From NCBI GenBank assembly GCA_048881705.1, contig JBHLSH010000039.1, forward strand, positions 1 to 31,320: a stretch of 31,320 bases of DNA, given 5' to 3'. The DNA comes from Candidatus Heimdallarchaeota archaeon. GTDB lineage: Archaea > Asgardarchaeota > Heimdallarchaeia > Hodarchaeales > Hodarchaeaceae. Positions 27,675 to 31,320 of this stretch are shown here, in pieces. A model generated the notes under the pieces. The model saw only the letters and a program-made list of their open reading frames with translations. It ran no database searches and had not been told where the DNA came from. Position 1 is the first letter of the stretch, and every line of letters begins with the position of its first letter. The position numbers and the translations under genes were made by a program.

Positions 27675-28244
27675 ATGCTTACAAAAGTTAATGGAAAAAC
27701 TGCTCTAGGAGATATTATGCGTTATCCCCCTTTGGTTGACATTCTTCAAGATGCAGGATTACAGCTCGTTGGTTGCTCCCTACCGTTGGACATGTCGCTA
27801 AGGAGGTTCTTCAAGGCCCAGGGTTTGCCCTCCGATAAGCTAGATTCAAGCCTTTCTCGGTTAAATGAGGCTATTGAAGAATTACACACGCAGTTAGACA
27901 CGGATGCAGTAATTGGTAACATAACAATTACCGAGACGGCCGCCGAGAAAATCACACAATTCTTGAAACAGAAGAACCAGCTAGACTCGGGATTACGCAT
28001 AACAGTGGTTCCAGGTGGATGTTCTGGGTATCAGTATTACCTTAAGGTAGACAAGGCCCGAGAAGATTATGATATGGTCTTTTCAAAGAACGGAGCTCAT
28101 GTAATTGTCGCAAAAGCTGACATCCCCTTGGTTGATAAGGCTACTCTTGACTTTAAGGAAAGTTTAACCTACGGTGGAGGCGGATTTATGCTTGATAATC
28201 CAAATGCAAGATCCACCTGTGCATGTGGGCAATCATTCGCATAA
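27675..28244 (+). CDS. A-type Fe-S carrier (IscA/ErpA/HesB) with N-terminal DUF1858/ScdA-N-like domain
   Basis: C-terminal ITITETAAEKI...LRITVVPGGCSGYQY...NPNARSTCACGQSF. N-terminal LGDIMRYPPLVDILQDAGLQLVGC...QGL...RLNEAI. Confidence 0.88.
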   Translation: MLTKVNGKTALGDIMRYPPLVDILQDAGLQLVGCSLPLDMSLRRFFKAQGLPSDKLDSSLSRLNEAIEELHTQLDTDAVIGNITITETAAEKITQFLKQKNQLDSGLRITVVPGGCSGYQYYLKVDKAREDYDMVFSKNGAHVIVAKADIPLVDKATLDFKESLTYGGGGFMLDNPNARSTCACGQSFA

Positions 28245-28258
28245 ACTTCCGAAATCCC

Positions 28259-28280
28259 TTTTTTTCTTTTTCTTATCTTT
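28259..28280 (+). terminator. T-rich tract, probable archaeal intrinsic terminator after the IscA-fusion gene
   Basis: TTTTTTTCTTTTTCTTATCTTT starting 14 nt after the stop. Confidence 0.5.
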
Positions 28281-28335
28281 CGGTTAGATGCGTATTATCG
28301 ATACTTGTAGATAATAAGACAAGATAATCCATTTA

Positions 28336-28833
28336 TTATTCCCTCAATTCCCAATGATGTATTTTCTCGCCTTCGTAGATGAACTTTGCTTCATAAACAT
28401 GGTCGGTTTCCAGTAATTTTGGAGTAAAGATCCGATCACCTTCCCACATTTGCTGGTAAGGAATTTTTTCAAAAGGAATCCAGTGTAAATCGCCCTCTGG
28501 ATTCTCGATCACCATTTTCTTTTTTACTCTTGCTGAATACAAGAATACTAGCCAGTTAAATGGCGGAAGATCCTCTGATTCCTTGTTTCGGTTGATTTCA
28601 TCAAAATAGATGTATCCCCGAAACTGGATATCCCTAGCCGAGAAAGTATAGCCAGTTTCCTCCCTAATTTCACGTAATACACACTCAAGAGGGGTTTCTC
28701 CAGCTTCTAACCTTCCACCGATGCCGATATAACGGTTTTGATGAAAATCATTTGGCTTTTTGTTGCGAAAGAGCAAAAGGACTTCTTGGCCATTTACTAT
28801 ATAGGCTAGAGTAGCTAATTTATGAGGTATCAT
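28336..28833 (-). CDS. Nudix hydrolase, MutT/MTH1-like 8-oxo-dGTP diphosphatase
   Basis: Nudix box GGRLEAGETPLECVLREIREETG, plus EGDLHWIP and MWEGDRIF, typical of the MTH1-like clade. Confidence 0.9.
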   Translation of the reverse strand: MIPHKLATLAYIVNGQEVLLLFRNKKPNDFHQNRYIGIGGRLEAGETPLECVLREIREETGYTFSARDIQFRGYIYFDEINRNKESEDLPPFNWLVFLYSARVKKKMVIENPEGDLHWIPFEKIPYQQMWEGDRIFTPKLLETDHVYEAKFIYEGEKIHHWELRE

Positions 28834-28853
28834 GTATCGAGTCGTATACGTTA

Positions 28854-29381
28854 TTGGGCTTTATAGTTTCACTACTGATTGAAACGTGTTACACTTTGGC
28901 AAAGAACAAGGCAAATGACCTAAACCTAAGACAATTATCTTTAAGTGACATCAAAGATATGGTGAGAATAGAAGAAAAGTGCTTCCTTGAGAGGTTTAGG
29001 TTTAATGAGTCAATTCTAAATTCACTGATTACTCGCGCAGCAGCTGAAACCTCATTTGCGGCAGTATATGGAGGGAAACTTGTTGGTTTTATCATCGGTA
29101 GTATCCTGCACGATAACGTTGGCTTTGCTGAAATTGTAACAATTCAGGTTGAGCCCAAACTACATCGGAACCATATTGGTCAAAGATTGCTATCATACTT
29201 CGAAACGCAATTGAAGAAGTTCTATGAGACTAAAACAGTAATCTTACAAGTTTACTACAAGAACGAGGCAGCCATCTCCTTTTATGAAGCAAACGGATAT
29301 TATCTTGAGAAAAGAATAAGAAACTATTACGGGAGAGAAGATCATGCCCTCCTTATGAAGAAAACTTTAACCAGATCTTAA
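28854..29381 (+). CDS. RimI/Ard1-like GNAT N-acetyltransferase
   Basis: IVTIQVEPKLHRNHIGQRLL (motif A), LQVYYKNEAAISFYEANGY, RNYYGREDHALLM. The real start is probably TTG 28896. Confidence 0.85.
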   Translation: MGFIVSLLIETCYTLAKNKANDLNLRQLSLSDIKDMVRIEEKCFLERFRFNESILNSLITRAAAETSFAAVYGGKLVGFIIGSILHDNVGFAEIVTIQVEPKLHRNHIGQRLLSYFETQLKKFYETKTVILQVYYKNEAAISFYEANGYYLEKRIRNYYGREDHALLMKKTLTRS

Positions 29382-29390
29382 GATTCCAGT

Positions 29391-30557
29391 TTATGGAATA
29401 TAGGTATACGATGCAAAATCAATTCTCTCTCCATCCTTCCCCAAAAGGGTGTAGTACTCAATATTTGGCAATTTCTCAAATGCAATGATAACCTCGATTT
29501 TACCTATCCTTTCCATTCCTAAAGACTGAGTTCTATTAAATACGTATATGGAAAGTTGAGGCGGTTTCGGATCATCCAGGGAAAAATAAGATGCGAATAC
29601 CACCATGGGAACCTTTGGGATGAAAGCTTCTCTGGAGGTCGGATAATGAACAAGGCCTCTTTGAGGATATTTCTGCGTGACACGATTCTTGAAATGGATT
29701 CTGAGGAATATCTGCTTGTTATACGCGTTTAATGTGAGTAATCTTATCTTGAAGACTGCTACTTCGGGAATAAGAAAAGGACGAAGTAATTTGAAAACGG
29801 TCTTATGCTGGAGAACCCGTAAATGCGTTAACCCAACTGTAATATTGATGGCATCGGACAGCGGCACAAACTTCCTATCAAAAGCTCCTGGCTGCTGTAC
29901 TCTAATGCCTGGGTATTTCAATGTCCCGATATTAACCAATGTCAGCCTGTAAAGTTCTTTTTCCGTTGTTCTTGCATTTATATCTTCAAGGTAGTCAAGT
30001 TGCTGATTTATTTGGGATTCAGCTACTTCGAGATTTCTAATATTAGCCAAAGTTCGTAAATAGTTGGCTTTATGATGGGGAGATTCTATCATTGCTAGTA
30101 TACGTATGTTACTATCGGCTCCAGCAATGAATTTTGAATAAAACCGGGCCGATAATCCACCTGAGGAGTTCGTAATCATTGAAATGCGGTACGCTTTCGT
30201 TATGTTCCTAATATCGGCAATTACATTACCCAGCTGCTCTGCGTTCTCAATAATACTCAGCCTACTTGAGAAATCAATTGAGAATATTAAGCGAAATCCG
30301 AAATACCATAGTTCGCGTGCTAGCCAATTGAAAATTCGGTGATCCTTACCAATCCCATGGATCAATAGAATTGGCTCATAAAACCGAGATTTAACTGGAG
30401 GAATATGTCTCCCTTTAGGATCTTCGTCCCAAAGATAAGAAAAACGCCATAAATTTAGTGGTGAATTAATAGAAATCCAAAAGTGATCAAGCCTCGCCAA
30501 TCGCTCCGTTTCTGGTGTGATGTCCTTAAATCGGGGCGGCTGAAACTGATGAGTCAA
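29391..30557 (-). CDS. Alpha/beta-hydrolase (lipase/esterase-like) with C-terminal beta-sandwich (C2-like) domain
   Basis: PILLIHG, nucleophile elbow ITNSSGGLSARFY, ESPHH, DRKFVP..., THLRVL. The last ~125 aa are beta-rich (LSIYVFNR...ERIGKIEVII). Confidence 0.7.
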   Translation of the reverse strand: MTHQFQPPRFKDITPETERLARLDHFWISINSPLNLWRFSYLWDEDPKGRHIPPVKSRFYEPILLIHGIGKDHRIFNWLARELWYFGFRLIFSIDFSSRLSIIENAEQLGNVIADIRNITKAYRISMITNSSGGLSARFYSKFIAGADSNIRILAMIESPHHKANYLRTLANIRNLEVAESQINQQLDYLEDINARTTEKELYRLTLVNIGTLKYPGIRVQQPGAFDRKFVPLSDAINITVGLTHLRVLQHKTVFKLLRPFLIPEVAVFKIRLLTLNAYNKQIFLRIHFKNRVTQKYPQRGLVHYPTSREAFIPKVPMVVFASYFSLDDPKPPQLSIYVFNRTQSLGMERIGKIEVIIAFEKLPNIEYYTLLGKDGERIDFASYTYIP

Positions 30558-30884
30558 ACATTCATCTCACAGGTTTAGAATAAAAACTTGGAATTTCGAT
30601 CCTCAATCGGAGATTATAAGTTGATTACAACTAGGGAAATGTGCGAATTCTCGATTTTTTTAATCTTTTTGTTGGATTAACCATTTTAATGAAAACATTT
30701 ATTCATTCTATGTTTTCTAATGTTAATATAAATTGCCATTTGTAGTTTAAATTAGTATTCCACAAGCCTGACCAATCTTGTAACAAAGCTGAAGATGAAT
30801 CACGTTAATTTAGCAGTTTGAGGAAGATACTGAACGATAGCAGAGAAAGCATGTGCGATCAAAAGCTAGGTAGACGGAACTAGG

Positions 30885-31250
30885 GTGCCCATGTCAGATG
30901 ATGAATCATACACTCAGGAAAAACTAACACCAAGGATTTTGGCAGAATGGTGGCAGGAATCTTATAACCAGATTAAACTAATGCATCCTCACGAATCCCA
31001 AGAATTTCATGAACAATTAACCGAACGGCGAGTTCGAATTCGCATTGACGAATATCATGCAAATGAACGGGCAATTTCACGACCTAGCGAAGAAAGGATC
31101 GCAAACTGGTATGCCGCTGAACTTGCCAAACTTCGTCGTTTCATTCGATCTATTCCTTTGAAAGAAAGGGAGCTGCTGGCGGCCGAACGAGTCGAAGCAA
31201 GGATCAGATTATGGCGAAAACAGCGCCAGTTGGATGAGTTTTTTGATTAA
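30885..31250 (+). CDS. Small helical protein with internal duplication and C-terminal PIP box
   Basis: 121 aa ending QRQLDEFFD* (Q-x-x-L-x-x-F-F). Confidence 0.7.
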   Translation: MPMSDDESYTQEKLTPRILAEWWQESYNQIKLMHPHESQEFHEQLTERRVRIRIDEYHANERAISRPSEERIANWYAAELAKLRRFIRSIPLKERELLAAERVEARIRLWRKQRQLDEFFD

Positions 31251-31320
31251 TAATGCGGATTTCCTGATTCCTAGTTGGATGGAGGATCATGATGAGTGAA
31301 AGGTTATACTTCTCTGATTG

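Noticed and set aside
195-31250. Numerous 60-130 aa ORFs in the track lying antisense or out of frame within long genes (e.g. 1608..1964, 7928..8326, 15149..15505, 16818..17198, 21236..21553)
   Set aside because: They are shadows of well-supported genes, with no motifs and atypical composition.
1-31320. tRNA, rRNA, SRP or RNase P RNA, CRISPR arrays, IS elements, inteins and frameshifted pseudogenes
   Set aside because: No T-loop or cloverleaf, regularly spaced repeats, transposase motifs or split reading frames were seen by eye. A tRNAscan-SE or Rfam run would be needed to exclude divergent RNAs.

Overview
Gene-dense, moderately AT-rich archaeal window, very probably from an Asgard archaeon. 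This is inferred from two Rab/Ras-like small GTPases plus longin, roadblock and DENN-like proteins; Heimdallarchaeia/Hodarchaeales is plausible but cannot be proven from this window. It opens with the 3' half of an A/V-type ATP synthase operon (C-F-A-B-D). Next come two surface/membrane proteins (one with a PGF-CTERM-like anchor) and a MacB/LolCDE-type ABC pair. An ~11.4-kb stretch (12.6-24.0 kb) is rich in candidate eukaryote-like trafficking parts: Rab-like GTPase 1, a stand-alone longin, a longin-roadblock fusion 4 nt downstream of Rab-like GTPase 2, and an apparently complete uDENN-cDENN-dDENN protein. Each GTPase sits head-to-head with a large uncharacterised polytopic membrane protein. 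The right part holds housekeeping and damage-control genes: BCP peroxiredoxin, DNPH1-like hydrolase, aIF-1A, a DUF1858-like/IscA fusion, MTH1-like Nudix, RimI-like GNAT, and an alpha/beta-hydrolase with a C2-like tail. It ends with a small unknown protein carrying a textbook C-terminal PCNA-binding PIP box. I saw no rRNA, tRNA, CRISPR array or mobile element. All domain calls come from motif and pattern recognition by eye, not from database searches.
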